Part shown: positions 18,677 to 29,319 of the stretch, piece by piece
Position numbering within the stretch: the first letter of the stretch is position 1
How the letters are laid out: each line of letters starts with the position of its first letter
Notes under the pieces: model-generated
What the model was told of the DNA's origin: nothing
Seen by the model: only the letters and a program-made list of their open reading frames with translations
Database searches by the model: none
Assembly (NCBI GenBank): GCA_017446765.1
Contig: JAFSQD010000027.1
Coordinates: 2,772 to 66,771 of the forward strand
DNA length: 64,000 nucleotides
Direction: 5' to 3'
Source of the DNA: Alloprevotella sp.
GTDB taxonomy: Bacteria; Bacteroidota; Bacteroidia; Bacteroidales; Bacteroidaceae
Translations under genes and position numbers: made by a program

Positions 18677-20599
18677 ATGAGACACGCAATCCTCACGACC
18701 ATCATCATGCTCATCGCAGCCACGGCCACGGCGCAGAAACCCTTCACCATCCCCGAGATGCAAGGCTGGCAAGCCGCCGAGGGAAACGCCGTAAGCCCAA
18801 AGCGCATCAGCTATGCCGAGGCCGACTTCCGCATGGCAGCAGAGCAACTGCGCCAGGACTATGAGACCATTGCCGGCGAAAACCTCACACTCAAGAAAGG
18901 AAAGCCCCGGAAAGGCGACATCGCCATGAGCCGTGACAAAAGCCTCGCACCCGAGGCCTACCGCATAGAGGCCACACCCACCCACATACGCCTCTACGCC
19001 TCCACCCCGACGGGCATGTACTGGGCCACGCGCACCCTCCTGCAGATGAAGGAAGCCGCAGGACAAGACGACCTGCCATGCGGCACCGTCAACGACCAGC
19101 CCGCCTACGCCATGCGAGGACTCATGATGGACTGCGGACGAAAGTTCATCCCCATACACTACCTCGAGGACCTCATCCGATGCATGAGCTATGCCAAGAT
19201 GAACACCCTCCACATCCACCTCAACGACTGCGGATTCCCCAAGTACTACCACAACGACTGGGACCAGACCTACCAAGCCTTCCGCCTCGAGAGCGACCTC
19301 TTCCCCGAGCTTACCGCCACCGACGGATTCTACACAAAGCTCGAGTTCCAGCAGCTCCAGGAGTTCGCACGCCGGCACTGCGTCGAAATCATACCCGAAA
19401 TCGACTTCCCCGCCCACAGCCTCTGCTTCTCCCGCATACGTCCCGAAATAGGCTCGAAGGACTACGGAAAAGACCACCTCGACCTCTTCCACCCCAACAC
19501 CTACACCTTCCTCGACAGCCTCCTTTCTGAATACATCGACGGCGAGAACCCCGTCTTCACCGGACGCTACGTACACATCGGCACCGACGAATACAACAAC
19601 CGCAAGCCAGAAGTGGTCGAAGCCTTCCGCGCCATGACCGACCGCTACCTGGGATTCGTGCAGCAGAGAGGCAAGACGGCAGCCTGCTGGGGCTCGCTCA
19701 CACACGCTAAAGGCCAGACACCCGTACGCTCAAAGGATGTCCTGATGTACTGCTGGTCAAACGACTACGCCGACCCCAAGGAAATGCACGAGCTGGGCTA
19801 CGACCTCCTCTCCATTCCCGACGGCCTCGTCTACATAGTGCCCGCCGCCGGCTACTACTACGACTACCTCAACTGCCAGTACCTCTACGAACACTGGACA
19901 CCCGCCAACTTCGGAAAGATACAGTTTGAGGAAAACGACCCGCAAGTGCGCGGCGGAATGTTTGCCGTATGGAACGACCACCCCGGAAACGGCATCTCCA
20001 CGGCCGACATCCACCACCGCCTCTTCCCCGCACTGCAAACCATTGCACAGAAAACCTGGGCAGGAGCAGCCACAACCCTCCCCTACCCCCAGTTTGACTC
20101 CCTGCGCACAACCCTCTCCGAAGCACCCGGCGTCAACCTCCTCGGCCGCCACGTCGACTACGACTATCTTGACACCCTGCAGCCCGACAGCGAACTGCCG
20201 CCATCGGCACCCAAGTGCGCCGGATACCCCTACAGCGTGTCCTTCACCGTCGACTGCAAGCCCGAAATGCCAGGCACCATCCTCACCGAGGACCTCGACG
20301 CACGCTTCTACCTCTCCGACCCCGAAGAGGCATGCCTCGGATTCGAACGAGACGGCTACCTCTTCCGCTTCGACTACCGCCTGCCCGTCGAGGGAACCGT
20401 ACGCATCACCATCGAAGGCAACAACGAGAGCACACGACTCTACGTGGGCGGAAAACTACAGCAGGAACTCCGGCGCCAATGGGTCACCATGCCCGACACG
20501 CAGGGAAAGATGGCATCCGTGCCCACACTCCGTTTCCCCCTCATGCAGACCGGAAGCTACCAGAGCACCGTCAGAAACCTCAGCGTCAGAAGCCTCTGA
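18677..20599 (+). CDS. GH20 beta-N-acetylhexosaminidase, secreted
   Basis: Signal peptide MRHAILTT..., MRGLMMDCGRK, KMNTLHIHLND, IPEIDFPAH, catalytic HIGTDEY. Confidence 0.9.
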   Translation: MRHAILTTIIMLIAATATAQKPFTIPEMQGWQAAEGNAVSPKRISYAEADFRMAAEQLRQDYETIAGENLTLKKGKPRKGDIAMSRDKSLAPEAYRIEATPTHIRLYASTPTGMYWATRTLLQMKEAAGQDDLPCGTVNDQPAYAMRGLMMDCGRKFIPIHYLEDLIRCMSYAKMNTLHIHLNDCGFPKYYHNDWDQTYQAFRLESDLFPELTATDGFYTKLEFQQLQEFARRHCVEIIPEIDFPAHSLCFSRIRPEIGSKDYGKDHLDLFHPNTYTFLDSLLSEYIDGENPVFTGRYVHIGTDEYNNRKPEVVEAFRAMTDRYLGFVQQRGKTAACWGSLTHAKGQTPVRSKDVLMYCWSNDYADPKEMHELGYDLLSIPDGLVYIVPAAGYYYDYLNCQYLYEHWTPANFGKIQFEENDPQVRGGMFAVWNDHPGNGISTADIHHRLFPALQTIAQKTWAGAATTLPYPQFDSLRTTLSEAPGVNLLGRHVDYDYLDTLQPDSELPPSAPKCAGYPYSVSFTVDCKPEMPGTILTEDLDARFYLSDPEEACLGFERDGYLFRFDYRLPVEGTVRITIEGNNESTRLYVGGKLQQELRRQWVTMPDTQGKMASVPTLRFPLMQTGSYQSTVRNLSVRSL

Positions 20600-20721
20600 A
20601 CCCCAAAATGGTAAAGCCCACTTGACAAATAGGCACTGAGAACAAAAAACATATCACCCCATAGCGCACAATACAGAAACATTTTCATATCTTTGCGCCC
20701 GAAAAAAAACTAAAACTCGAC

Positions 20722-23163
20722 ATGACAAACGAAGAATTCGAAGCAAAAGAGCAGGAATCCACGAACTTCAACCTCGAGGAGCTCCTCCTGCTCATGCTTT
20801 CCAAGTGGTACTGGTTTCTCTTTGCAGTCATCATCGCCCTCAGTGCCGCAGTTTTCAAGATTCTCACCACGACGCCCATCTACACGCGCACCACGCAGCT
20901 GCTCATCAAGGACGAACAGAGCGGAAAGAACACCTCCACCATGCAGGAGTTCACCGACCTGGGACTCATCAGCGGCCGCTCAAACATCGTCAACGAGACG
21001 GCCACCATCTCCGCTCCCATCCTGATGGAGGAAGTGGCACAGCGCCTGCGCCTCGACGTGCAGATGACCGTACCCCAACGCCTATACGAACGCCCGCTCT
21101 ACAACGACGCGCCCGTCATGATCACGCTCGGCAGCGACATCGAAAACTACCAAAGCTTCAGCTTCACGCTCAGCCTTGGCAAGAACAAGCGCGCCCACCT
21201 CAGCGACATCACAGTAGGCGGCGAGGAAACGGGCAAGAGCCTAGACATCACCCTGGGACAAAACGTGCGCACACCCTTCGGCACCATCCGCATCACGCCC
21301 ACCGCAGCCTACGACGACAGATGGTTCGGCGATGAGATCAAGGTTACAAAGATTCCCGTCAGCGTGGCAGGAGCCATCTACTCGGGACGCCTCTCCGTAG
21401 CACAGAGCGACAAGGAAAGCACAATCCTCAACCTCACGCTCAGCGACGAGGTGCCCGCACGCGCAAGCGACGTGCTCAAGACGCTCATCGACGTCTACAA
21501 CGAAAACTGGCTCAAGGACAAGAACCGCATCGCTGAAAGTACGTCCGACTTCATCACCGAACGCCTCAACACGCTCGCACAGGAACTCGGCGACGTAGAC
21601 CGCGACATCTCCGACTACAAGAGCCAGAACCTGCTGCCCGACGTGGCCGCCGCAGGGGGCATCATCATGAACCAGAGCACGCAGAACTACAACCAGATAC
21701 TTAACCTGAACAATCAAATCTCCATGGCCCAGTATCTGGAACAGCACATGCGCGCCAACAGCGAGCTCGGACACCTGCTCCCCAGCAACACCCTGCAGAA
21801 TGCCGGCGGCACCGAATCCCTCATACAGGCCTACAACCAGACCACCCTGCGCCGCAACGAAATGCTGGCAAACAGCAGCGAAGGCTCGCCCATCGTGCAG
21901 AACTACGACGAGCAGCTACGCGAACAGCGCAGCGCCATACTCCGCTCGCTCAGCAATGTCATCGCACAGCTCAAGACGCAGCTCGCAAACCTGCAACAGA
22001 GCGAGGGAGAAACCAACCAGAAGATTGCCGCCAATCCCCGACAGGCACGACAGCTGCTCGCAGTCGAACGCCAACAAAAGGTGAAGGAATCCCTCTACAT
22101 CTACCTCCTCCAAAAGCGTGAGGAGAACGAACTCTCCAAGGCCTACACGGCCTGGAACACCCGCATCATCCAGCCCCCAATCGGAAGCTCGGCACCCACC
22201 AGCCCGCAGCGCCGCATGATCCTGCTCATCGCACTGGTCATGGGACTCGCCATTCCGGCCGGCATCATCTACTTCCGCGAGATTCTCAACAAGAGCGTAC
22301 GCGGACGCAAGGACCTGGAAGGTATGGTCACGCCATTGCTCGGCGAAGTGCCCACGACGGAACGCAAGCGCCACTGGTGGCAACACAAGAAGAAACAGGG
22401 ACGAATGATTGTCATCGAAGCCGGAAAGCGCAACATGATCAACGAAAGCTTCCGCCTCGTACGCACGAAGCTCGACTTCTTCCTTGGCAAAGGACACGAA
22501 GAAAAGAAGATCGTCATGGTGACAAGTTTCAACCCTGGAAGCGGCAAGACCTTCATCACGGCAAACCTCGGGCGAACGCTCAGCCTGAACGGCAAGAAGG
22601 TGCTCTGCATCGACCTCGACATACGACGCGCCTCCCTGAGCCACATGCTGCATAAACACCAAAAGCAAGGACTTACTTCCTATCTGGGCAACGGAAGCGG
22701 AAGCATAGCCGACTACATCGTGACAAACGGCTTCGGCGAGAATGTCGACTTGCTGCCCGTGGGCATCATCCCTCCCAACCCCACCGAACTGCTGCTCACG
22801 AAGGAAATGGGTGAGGTGTTCGACTATGCCCGCCAGCACTACGACTACGTCCTCGTGGACTGTCCACCCATCGAAATCGTGGCCGACGCCACCATCATCA
22901 AGGACTATGCCGATGCCACGCTCTTCGTCGTGCGCGTAGGCGTCATGGACCGCCGACTGCTCAAGGACATCGACGAACTCTACCGCGACGGCAAGTATAA
23001 CCACATGAGTCTCCTGCTCAACGCCACCAGCTACGTCTCCAGCCGATACGGCAGCTACCGCTATGGCTACACCTACGGCTATGGCTACGGATACGGATAC
23101 GGTTACGGCAGAAAAGGCGACGAAGCCTACGGATACTACGGAAAAGACCAGGACGAGGACTGA
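20722..23163 (+). CDS. wzc: Wzc/GumC-family polysaccharide co-polymerase / tyrosine autokinase
   Basis: Two TM segments flanking a coiled-coil periplasmic domain, ESFRLVRT, Walker A SFNPGSGKT, DLDIRR, VDCPP, C-terminal Tyr cluster. Own -7 element at 20688-20695. Confidence 0.9.
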   Translation: MTNEEFEAKEQESTNFNLEELLLLMLSKWYWFLFAVIIALSAAVFKILTTTPIYTRTTQLLIKDEQSGKNTSTMQEFTDLGLISGRSNIVNETATISAPILMEEVAQRLRLDVQMTVPQRLYERPLYNDAPVMITLGSDIENYQSFSFTLSLGKNKRAHLSDITVGGEETGKSLDITLGQNVRTPFGTIRITPTAAYDDRWFGDEIKVTKIPVSVAGAIYSGRLSVAQSDKESTILNLTLSDEVPARASDVLKTLIDVYNENWLKDKNRIAESTSDFITERLNTLAQELGDVDRDISDYKSQNLLPDVAAAGGIIMNQSTQNYNQILNLNNQISMAQYLEQHMRANSELGHLLPSNTLQNAGGTESLIQAYNQTTLRRNEMLANSSEGSPIVQNYDEQLREQRSAILRSLSNVIAQLKTQLANLQQSEGETNQKIAANPRQARQLLAVERQQKVKESLYIYLLQKREENELSKAYTAWNTRIIQPPIGSSAPTSPQRRMILLIALVMGLAIPAGIIYFREILNKSVRGRKDLEGMVTPLLGEVPTTERKRHWWQHKKKQGRMIVIEAGKRNMINESFRLVRTKLDFFLGKGHEEKKIVMVTSFNPGSGKTFITANLGRTLSLNGKKVLCIDLDIRRASLSHMLHKHQKQGLTSYLGNGSGSIADYIVTNGFGENVDLLPVGIIPPNPTELLLTKEMGEVFDYARQHYDYVLVDCPPIEIVADATIIKDYADATLFVVRVGVMDRRLLKDIDELYRDGKYNHMSLLLNATSYVSSRYGSYRYGYTYGYGYGYGYGYGRKGDEAYGYYGKDQDED

Positions 23164-23196
23164 TCACACACGCCACAAGCCGTCCCTACAACATCG

Positions 23197-23232
23197 TGTG
23201 CCCCGTGCTTATTTGCACGGGGCACATTTTTT
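23197..23232 (+). terminator. Intrinsic terminator after wzc
   Basis: 12-bp stem TGTGCCCCGTGC / GCACGGGGCACA followed by T6. Confidence 0.85.
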
Positions 23233-23280
23233 AGCCACATGTGCAATAAAACAACATGCACGCGCGTTATTATATAACAA

Positions 23281-23454
23281 ATGACCCTAAAAGACACCGC
23301 GCCTATGGAACAACCTCTACGCACACTTGCTTCGCCACGCGAAGAAACCCTCAGCCTCCTGCGGCTCTTTGCCCACTCGATGCCGGCCTGCCGCAGCCTT
23401 GATGACGACGAACTGCTGACATTCTTTCCTGGACAACCCGTCGCACGGGGCTGA
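23281..23454 (+). CDS. Small hypothetical protein (57 aa)
   Basis: Below the ORF-track cutoff: MTLKDTAPMEQPLRTLASPREETLSLLRLFAHSMPACRSLDDDELLTFFPGQPVARG*. A-rich region upstream; fills the gap between the terminator and DUF4301. Confidence 0.5.
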   Translation: MTLKDTAPMEQPLRTLASPREETLSLLRLFAHSMPACRSLDDDELLTFFPGQPVARG

Positions 23455-23494
23455 CATGCTCATGAAAACCAATCACAATACTTTCCTATCATCC

Positions 23495-25009
23495 ATGATC
23501 AACGAAAAGGACAAAGCACTCCTCGCAGCCAAAGGCATCAGCGAGGAGACGCTGCGTGAACAGTTGGCCGCCTTCAAGGCCGGATTCCCCTACCTGCAAC
23601 TGGACGGTGCCGCCACCGTCGGCAATGGCATACTACGCCCCACACCCGAAGAAGCGCAGGCCGCACTCGACGCATGGGACGAATACCTCGGCGACAACCA
23701 CCAAGTGGTAAAGTTTGTACCCGCAAGCGGAGCTGCAAGCCGCATGTTCAAGGATCTCTTCGCCTATCTCGACGAAGAGGAGGGTCATGCCGAGAGCCCC
23801 TTCATCAAACATTTTTTTGAAAACCTGCCCCACGCTGCTTTCTATGCCGACCTCGACACGGCCTGCAAGCGCCTCTATGGAGCAGACATCCAGGCTTTAA
23901 CACAGGCCGGTCGCCTACACGACATCGTCAGCGCCCTGCTACGTGCCGAGGGACTGGGCTACGGAAAACTTCCGAAAGGCCTCCTGAAGTTCCACCGCTA
24001 CGACGACGGTGCACGCACACCCGCAGAGGAACACCTCGTCGAAGGCGCACGCTATGCGAAAGATGCAGCCGGCAACGTGCGCGTACACTTCACCGTGTCG
24101 CCCGAACACCTCGCCCTCTTCCAGCAACTCGTGGACGAAAAGCAAGCCGCCATCGCAAAAGAATACGGCGCACGCTTCAACGTATCGTTCTCAGAGCAAA
24201 AGCCCTCCACCGACACCGTAGCCGCCAATCCTGACAACACGCCTTTCCGACAAGACGACGGCTCGCTGCTATTCCGCCCCGGCGGACACGGTGCCCTCAT
24301 AGAGAACCTCAACGACATTGATGCCGACATCGTCTTCATCAAAAACATCGACAACGTCGTCCCCGACCGTCTGAAAGAGGCCACCGTGCGCTACAAGCGC
24401 CTCTTGGCTGGCATCCTGGTGGACGTGCAGGCACAAATCTTCGAATACCTTGAAGCACTGGACGGCGGACTGCCCGAACGCGAAGAAATGGACGAGATGC
24501 TCCGTTTCCTGGAAGATACGCTATGCTGCCACACGGACCGCACCTTCGCCGACCTCGAACTGGCCGACTATCTCTTTACGAAGCTCAACCGCCCGCTCCG
24601 CGTCTGCGGAATGGTAAGGAACGTGGGCGAGCCCGGCGGCGGACCATTCCGTGCCTATAATCCCGACGGCACCGTTTCGCTGCAGATACTGGAAAGCTCA
24701 CAGATCGACATGGCCGACCCACAGAAAAAAGCCATGTTTGAAGGCGGCACACACTTCAACCCCGTCGACCTCGTGTGCGCACTGCGCGACTTCCGAGGCG
24801 ATGCCTTCCATCTGCCCGACTTTGTCGACCCGCAGACGGGCTTCATCTCCCACAAGAGCAAGGACGGACGTGAACTGAAGGCCCTCGAACTTCCCGGACT
24901 GTGGAACGGCGCCATGAGCGACTGGAACACCATCTTTGTCGAAGTGCCCCTCGAGACCTTCAATCCCGTGAAGACGGTCAACGACCTCTACCGCGAACAA
25001 CATCAGTAA
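23495..25009 (+). CDS. DUF4301 family protein (UDPGP-like nucleotidyltransferase fold)
   Basis: KFVPASGAASRMFK, EQKPSTDT, FRPGGHGALIENLN, FIKNIDNV, GEPGGGPF, ELPGLWNGAM, FNPVKTVNDL. Confidence 0.9.
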   Translation: MINEKDKALLAAKGISEETLREQLAAFKAGFPYLQLDGAATVGNGILRPTPEEAQAALDAWDEYLGDNHQVVKFVPASGAASRMFKDLFAYLDEEEGHAESPFIKHFFENLPHAAFYADLDTACKRLYGADIQALTQAGRLHDIVSALLRAEGLGYGKLPKGLLKFHRYDDGARTPAEEHLVEGARYAKDAAGNVRVHFTVSPEHLALFQQLVDEKQAAIAKEYGARFNVSFSEQKPSTDTVAANPDNTPFRQDDGSLLFRPGGHGALIENLNDIDADIVFIKNIDNVVPDRLKEATVRYKRLLAGILVDVQAQIFEYLEALDGGLPEREEMDEMLRFLEDTLCCHTDRTFADLELADYLFTKLNRPLRVCGMVRNVGEPGGGPFRAYNPDGTVSLQILESSQIDMADPQKKAMFEGGTHFNPVDLVCALRDFRGDAFHLPDFVDPQTGFISHKSKDGRELKALELPGLWNGAMSDWNTIFVEVPLETFNPVKTVNDLYREQHQ

Positions 25010-25072
25010 CGCGTACTCCCTGGAGCAGCTGTCCTCAACACATACAGAGACACACCCTCTCCCACCCACCAC

Positions 25073-25103
25073 AAGCCTTCCCGCCACAACGGGAAGGCTT
25101 TTT
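25073..25103 (+). terminator. Intrinsic terminator after DUF4301
   Basis: AAGCCTTCCCG-CCACAA-CGGGAAGGCTT followed by TTT. Confidence 0.8.
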
Positions 25104-25146
25104 CATGCTTCCTCTCCCCGCGCCATCCTACACCAAAACACTGCAC

Positions 25147-25180
25147 AAAAAAAGGTGCGCCCCCACAATGGGAGCGCACC
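25147..25180 (-). terminator. Intrinsic terminator after the GH85 gene
   Basis: GGTGCGC/GCGCACC stem with A7 on the + strand (T7 on minus). Confidence 0.75.
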
Positions 25181-25208
25181 AGATTATACTTAGGGAAAAC
25201 CCTGACTC

Positions 25209-28200
25209 TTAGTTGCGAAGAAGCTTCACAGCCTTCACAGCCTTGCCATCGCGAGCCACGCGGAGCACGTACACGCCCGTCTGCGGCAGGCGTACCTGCA
25301 TGCGGTCGGCCATTGTAACGGCGGCAGCCTTGGCAGCGACAAGCTGGCCGGCCACGTTGTAGACCTGAACTTCGTAGTTGCCAGCCTCGGCAAACTCTAC
25401 GTATACCACGTCACCCACCGTGTAGGTGCGGAGTTCGCCACCTTCCACGTCGGCAATGCCGTCAGGCTGACCCACGGTGATGGCGCTGAAGGTCTTGGAG
25501 TCGGAACCGAGCGGGTTAGTGAGTGTCAGCGTTACGTTATAGACACCATCCTTCTTGTAGCTGACCTTTGCGGAGCCAGCCTCGCTATTACCCGTCATAT
25601 CCGTCAGCGTGCCCTTCACAGCCTTCCAGCTGGGCTCGGTGAGCACAGGGTATGCCGTGTCCTTCGCAGCGGCACAACCTGCCGTGTAAACCTGATCCAC
25701 GTAATGGGGCTGGGCACGACCCTCACCCTCAAGCTTAATGAGTTCGTAGGAACCGCACTCAAGGCCCGGCGTAGCACCTACAGCCGTGAATCCCTTACCG
25801 CTTACAGGCTTCGTCTCGAAGTTCCAGAGGCAGGAAAGGCCTGCAGGCAGGTTGTTCGGGTCGAGAGCGCCCATGGACTTCTGCACTTCCTCCTCGGAGA
25901 TAGCTTTCTTCCAAAGCTGGAAGTTGTCCACAACGCCATCAATGCCACCGCGTCCGCTGGCCGGACCGCCGATGCACATCCAGGGATTGTTGCCAACGGT
26001 GCCATTCATATCAAGCACGGGCAGATACTTGTCTGTCGTCTCTACACCATCCTGGTAAACAGTCGGTTCCACAAACTTACCATTGACGTAGAGCTGGTGG
26101 CGTGCCGTGCCGTCAGCCTTGCGGTCGAAGACGATGGCCACGTGAGTCCAGACGCCGAGGGGCATCGTGCCGGCAGGATATTCATACTTGGAGGCAGGAG
26201 GAGCTTCTGCACGATTGGAGTTACGATAGGTGAAGACAAGACCACCAGCCTTGTCGAGCGTGCTCCAGTTCCAGCCCCAGTCGGTGAGAGGCCAGTTGCC
26301 ACTCTTGTCGGCTACGGCAAAGAACTGCGTAGCACTGGGCACGTTGTTGACCTTAAGCCAGAAGGCGAGGGAGAAGGAAGCCTTGCCCGTCAGACCAGCA
26401 TCAAGCACGCTGAAGCCAAAGTTCCTTTCCTTCAAGTCGACTGCCTGAGACGTACCACCGTCGGAGGACTTACCGGTATAGACCATGCTTACCTCATCGT
26501 TCTTCTCCACCTGGATGCCAGTCTCAGAACCGTTTGCCGTAAGCGTATATATTTCGGGCAGACGGCCAAACTTGGCATCTTCTATCTTCACATAATCCTC
26601 GAAAGTACGCGCTTCGTCCTTCACCGTCGTACCACTGTGTGTCTTACCGTCCAGCTTCAGGGAGTAGCTACCGAGCTTCTCAAGGCCGGGAACCGTTACG
26701 CTGGTACCTTCGCCTGAGAAGGCCGTCGTGCCATCCTCGTGGATGAGCGTCCAAGTACCGCTTTCATGGTTCGGATCCACATAGGACATGGTGAAAGCTT
26801 CGTTCTGCGTGATGAGGTTCTTGTTGGTCTGGATGTTGTCGCTATAGGTATAAACACCCGTCTCCATGTAGTCGCTCCATGCGATGGGGCTCTCGCTCTT
26901 GTGGTCGAGGCTCAGCGCGGAAACACCAAGGCGTACGCGGGTGTCGGTGCCGAACATCGTGAAGTCTACGGGGGCACAGAACATGAGGCCTGCCCAGCTT
27001 GTGGTCACGCCCATGAAGACGGGCTCCTGACCTTCCTGCTGACTCCAGAGCTTGAAGAGAGAAGTGTTGACGTCAGTGTTGTAGACGGGCTCGCCGACTG
27101 CCTTGAGGTTGGGCATGTTCCAAATGAGCTTCGCGTCGACACCATCGCGATGGGAGGCAAGAATCTTTGCACTCGTCACCTCAGGCGTAGCGGGCGTGGC
27201 GCTCGTGCCACGTACGATGGAGAATTCGCCGAAGTAGAGGTCGAGGTTCTGAGCCTGCTGGAAGTGCAGCGCTACGAGAGCAAGCGTCTTCCCGGCAAGG
27301 TCTCCGCTGACGGTGAACTGCTTCGTAATCCAGTCCTCCTCGTCGGCTTCCTGATCAGTGGAGAGGACGTTGTAGTCGGCCTCGTTGATGGCCGTGTTCT
27401 CAGCGCCCTCGGCCGTGAAGACGAGGTTGGCCTTACCCGAGCCACTGCGGAGTTTATAGCGGAACGTGATGACATCGCCCTCCTGAAGCGCAAACTGCGT
27501 CTTGAAGAGGTGGAGGTATTCGTTGTCCGTCGAACCAAATACGCGCATCGTGGAACCGCCTACGTAGGCATCGTCCCACGTGAACTGAGCGTCAAGTCCC
27601 GTTGCGGGCACGTCTGTGGCCTTGTGGCCGAGCAGGGTGCTCGTGAACCAGTAGCGCCAAGTGGGCAGATAGTCCTGCACGCCGATGTTGTACCAGTCGC
27701 GGTCGTGCTGCTGGCGGCCCTTCCAGTTGAAGTAGCGACCGTTACCCAGGTTGAAGTATGTGATGAAAGGCTCTTCGCTGAGGTTCCAGCAGAGAGAACT
27801 GCGTGCGGACATCATCTTTGCCATGCCGTGGAACTTGACGTTGTCGGCATTGTAGTTGTCGCTGTCGACAAATCCAGGCAGGTTTGCAGGGTTACGTGTG
27901 CCACCGCCGAACCAGCGCTCTGTACGCATGAGGTAGGTGGCCTGCTTCACGGCGGGGTCGGAACCCTTCTCGTGACGGCTCTCAAAAAACATGTTGGCAC
28001 TGTGAGCGCCCCAGAGACCGATGCTGTAGTGGGTCTTGCCGAGCAAGGTCCAGCTGGTGGGGTCTGCACCCTGGAGGTTGAAGCCTGCATAGAGGTCCAG
28101 CGGGTCGCGCTTCAAGGTCTTTGCCTTGTTCAGCGACTGCGTGATCCAGGTGCTGTTGTTCCAGTTGTAGTTCAAGAAGAACGACGTGCTGATGTTGTCG

Positions 28201-28970
28201 CTGTTACCAAAGATGCCTTGGTTCTGACTACTGAGCATACCACTGAAGTTAATGGTACCAAGATCAGTCGTTCCAGTATACCAGATGTTCTCAAACAGAG
28301 GATTCGTCTCGCGCATCTTCTTGACAAGTGCAGCGTGGAAGGGAGCAAGTGCTTCCGTGACGGCTACACTGCCTTCTGACCACTCGGAGTTGTAGCCGAA
28401 GCCGTCCAGTCCGTAGTAGGTCATGTACTTTGCCGTCTTGTCGGCTCCCTCATTAATCATATTGAGGAAGCTGTTCTGCCAGGCAGCGGAGATAGCTGCA
28501 TTTGGCACGGAGGCACATCCGCTGACGGCCACACCGTTCTTGTGAGCCGCGTCGAGCATGGCTGCGGGCACACGTCCCATCGGAGCAGTCCAGTTACCCC
28601 AGTGTGTCACGTAACTCCACATGGAGAATACTTCAGAGTCAAAGACTCCGTCGGGCAAGGCGTTGCGGTTCCATCCCGTCTCGTTGATGCTGTTGATGGG
28701 CACCCACATGAGGAGTTTCTTGTCGTAGGTGGCCTGGAGGGTATCCATCACCTGCGTGGCAGCGTTACGGAAACGCGCTTTGGGCTTGATGCGGGAAATG
28801 AAGAAATTGTCGTCTTCACTTACCTGCGAACCCGGAGTCCATTTCTGAAGCGTCGTGCCAAACATCTCGCTCGCACCGCCCCAAGAGACGTAGTTGTCCT
28901 TCAGATACTGCGCTTGTGCAGACACAGAGAAAACCACTACGCCAGAAAGGAGTAAGAGTTTCTTTTTCAT
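25209..28970 (-). CDS. GH85 endo-beta-N-acetylglucosaminidase with LamG-like and PKD domains and T9SS CTD
   Basis: Signal peptide MKKKLLLL..., WSYVTHWGNW, DAAHKNGV, YYGLDGFGYNSE (GH85 NxE), FNLGNG, QDYLPTWR, LamG-like GVWTHVAIVFD...LYVNG, CTD VYNVAGQLV...GVYVLRV. Confidence 0.85.
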   Translation of the reverse strand: MKKKLLLLSGVVVFSVSAQAQYLKDNYVSWGGASEMFGTTLQKWTPGSQVSEDDNFFISRIKPKARFRNAATQVMDTLQATYDKKLLMWVPINSINETGWNRNALPDGVFDSEVFSMWSYVTHWGNWTAPMGRVPAAMLDAAHKNGVAVSGCASVPNAAISAAWQNSFLNMINEGADKTAKYMTYYGLDGFGYNSEWSEGSVAVTEALAPFHAALVKKMRETNPLFENIWYTGTTDLGTINFSGMLSSQNQGIFGNSDNISTSFFLNYNWNNSTWITQSLNKAKTLKRDPLDLYAGFNLQGADPTSWTLLGKTHYSIGLWGAHSANMFFESRHEKGSDPAVKQATYLMRTERWFGGGTRNPANLPGFVDSDNYNADNVKFHGMAKMMSARSSLCWNLSEEPFITYFNLGNGRYFNWKGRQQHDRDWYNIGVQDYLPTWRYWFTSTLLGHKATDVPATGLDAQFTWDDAYVGGSTMRVFGSTDNEYLHLFKTQFALQEGDVITFRYKLRSGSGKANLVFTAEGAENTAINEADYNVLSTDQEADEEDWITKQFTVSGDLAGKTLALVALHFQQAQNLDLYFGEFSIVRGTSATPATPEVTSAKILASHRDGVDAKLIWNMPNLKAVGEPVYNTDVNTSLFKLWSQQEGQEPVFMGVTTSWAGLMFCAPVDFTMFGTDTRVRLGVSALSLDHKSESPIAWSDYMETGVYTYSDNIQTNKNLITQNEAFTMSYVDPNHESGTWTLIHEDGTTAFSGEGTSVTVPGLEKLGSYSLKLDGKTHSGTTVKDEARTFEDYVKIEDAKFGRLPEIYTLTANGSETGIQVEKNDEVSMVYTGKSSDGGTSQAVDLKERNFGFSVLDAGLTGKASFSLAFWLKVNNVPSATQFFAVADKSGNWPLTDWGWNWSTLDKAGGLVFTYRNSNRAEAPPASKYEYPAGTMPLGVWTHVAIVFDRKADGTARHQLYVNGKFVEPTVYQDGVETTDKYLPVLDMNGTVGNNPWMCIGGPASGRGGIDGVVDNFQLWKKAISEEEVQKSMGALDPNNLPAGLSCLWNFETKPVSGKGFTAVGATPGLECGSYELIKLEGEGRAQPHYVDQVYTAGCAAAKDTAYPVLTEPSWKAVKGTLTDMTGNSEAGSAKVSYKKDGVYNVTLTLTNPLGSDSKTFSAITVGQPDGIADVEGGELRTYTVGDVVYVEFAEAGNYEVQVYNVAGQLVAAKAAAVTMADRMQVRLPQTGVYVLRVARDGKAVKAVKLLRN

Positions 28971-29319
28971 TGTGTTAGTTAGTTTGTTAGATAATAAGAA
29001 AAACTTAAATTGTACGTTTTTGCGAGGCGAAAGTAGCAAAAAGACACCTTACAACAAAGTACAAAGCGCACAATTTCGCGCGCGATGCGCATTTTATTTT
29101 TTGTAAGATGTACTCCCTTGTGCCACACGATGTAATCTCCATGATAATACATCCCATCCTTTTACGGCGAGAAGGTACCTTTAACTGCAAAGGAGCGCAT
29201 CTCGAAAACGGAAGATGAAGAGGAAAAGAAATGAAAATAAGGATGAGGAGAAAAAAATCCCCTATGGGCAAAACAATTTCCAAAGAGAAATCGTAACTTC
29301 GCAGCCCAAATTCTCCACT

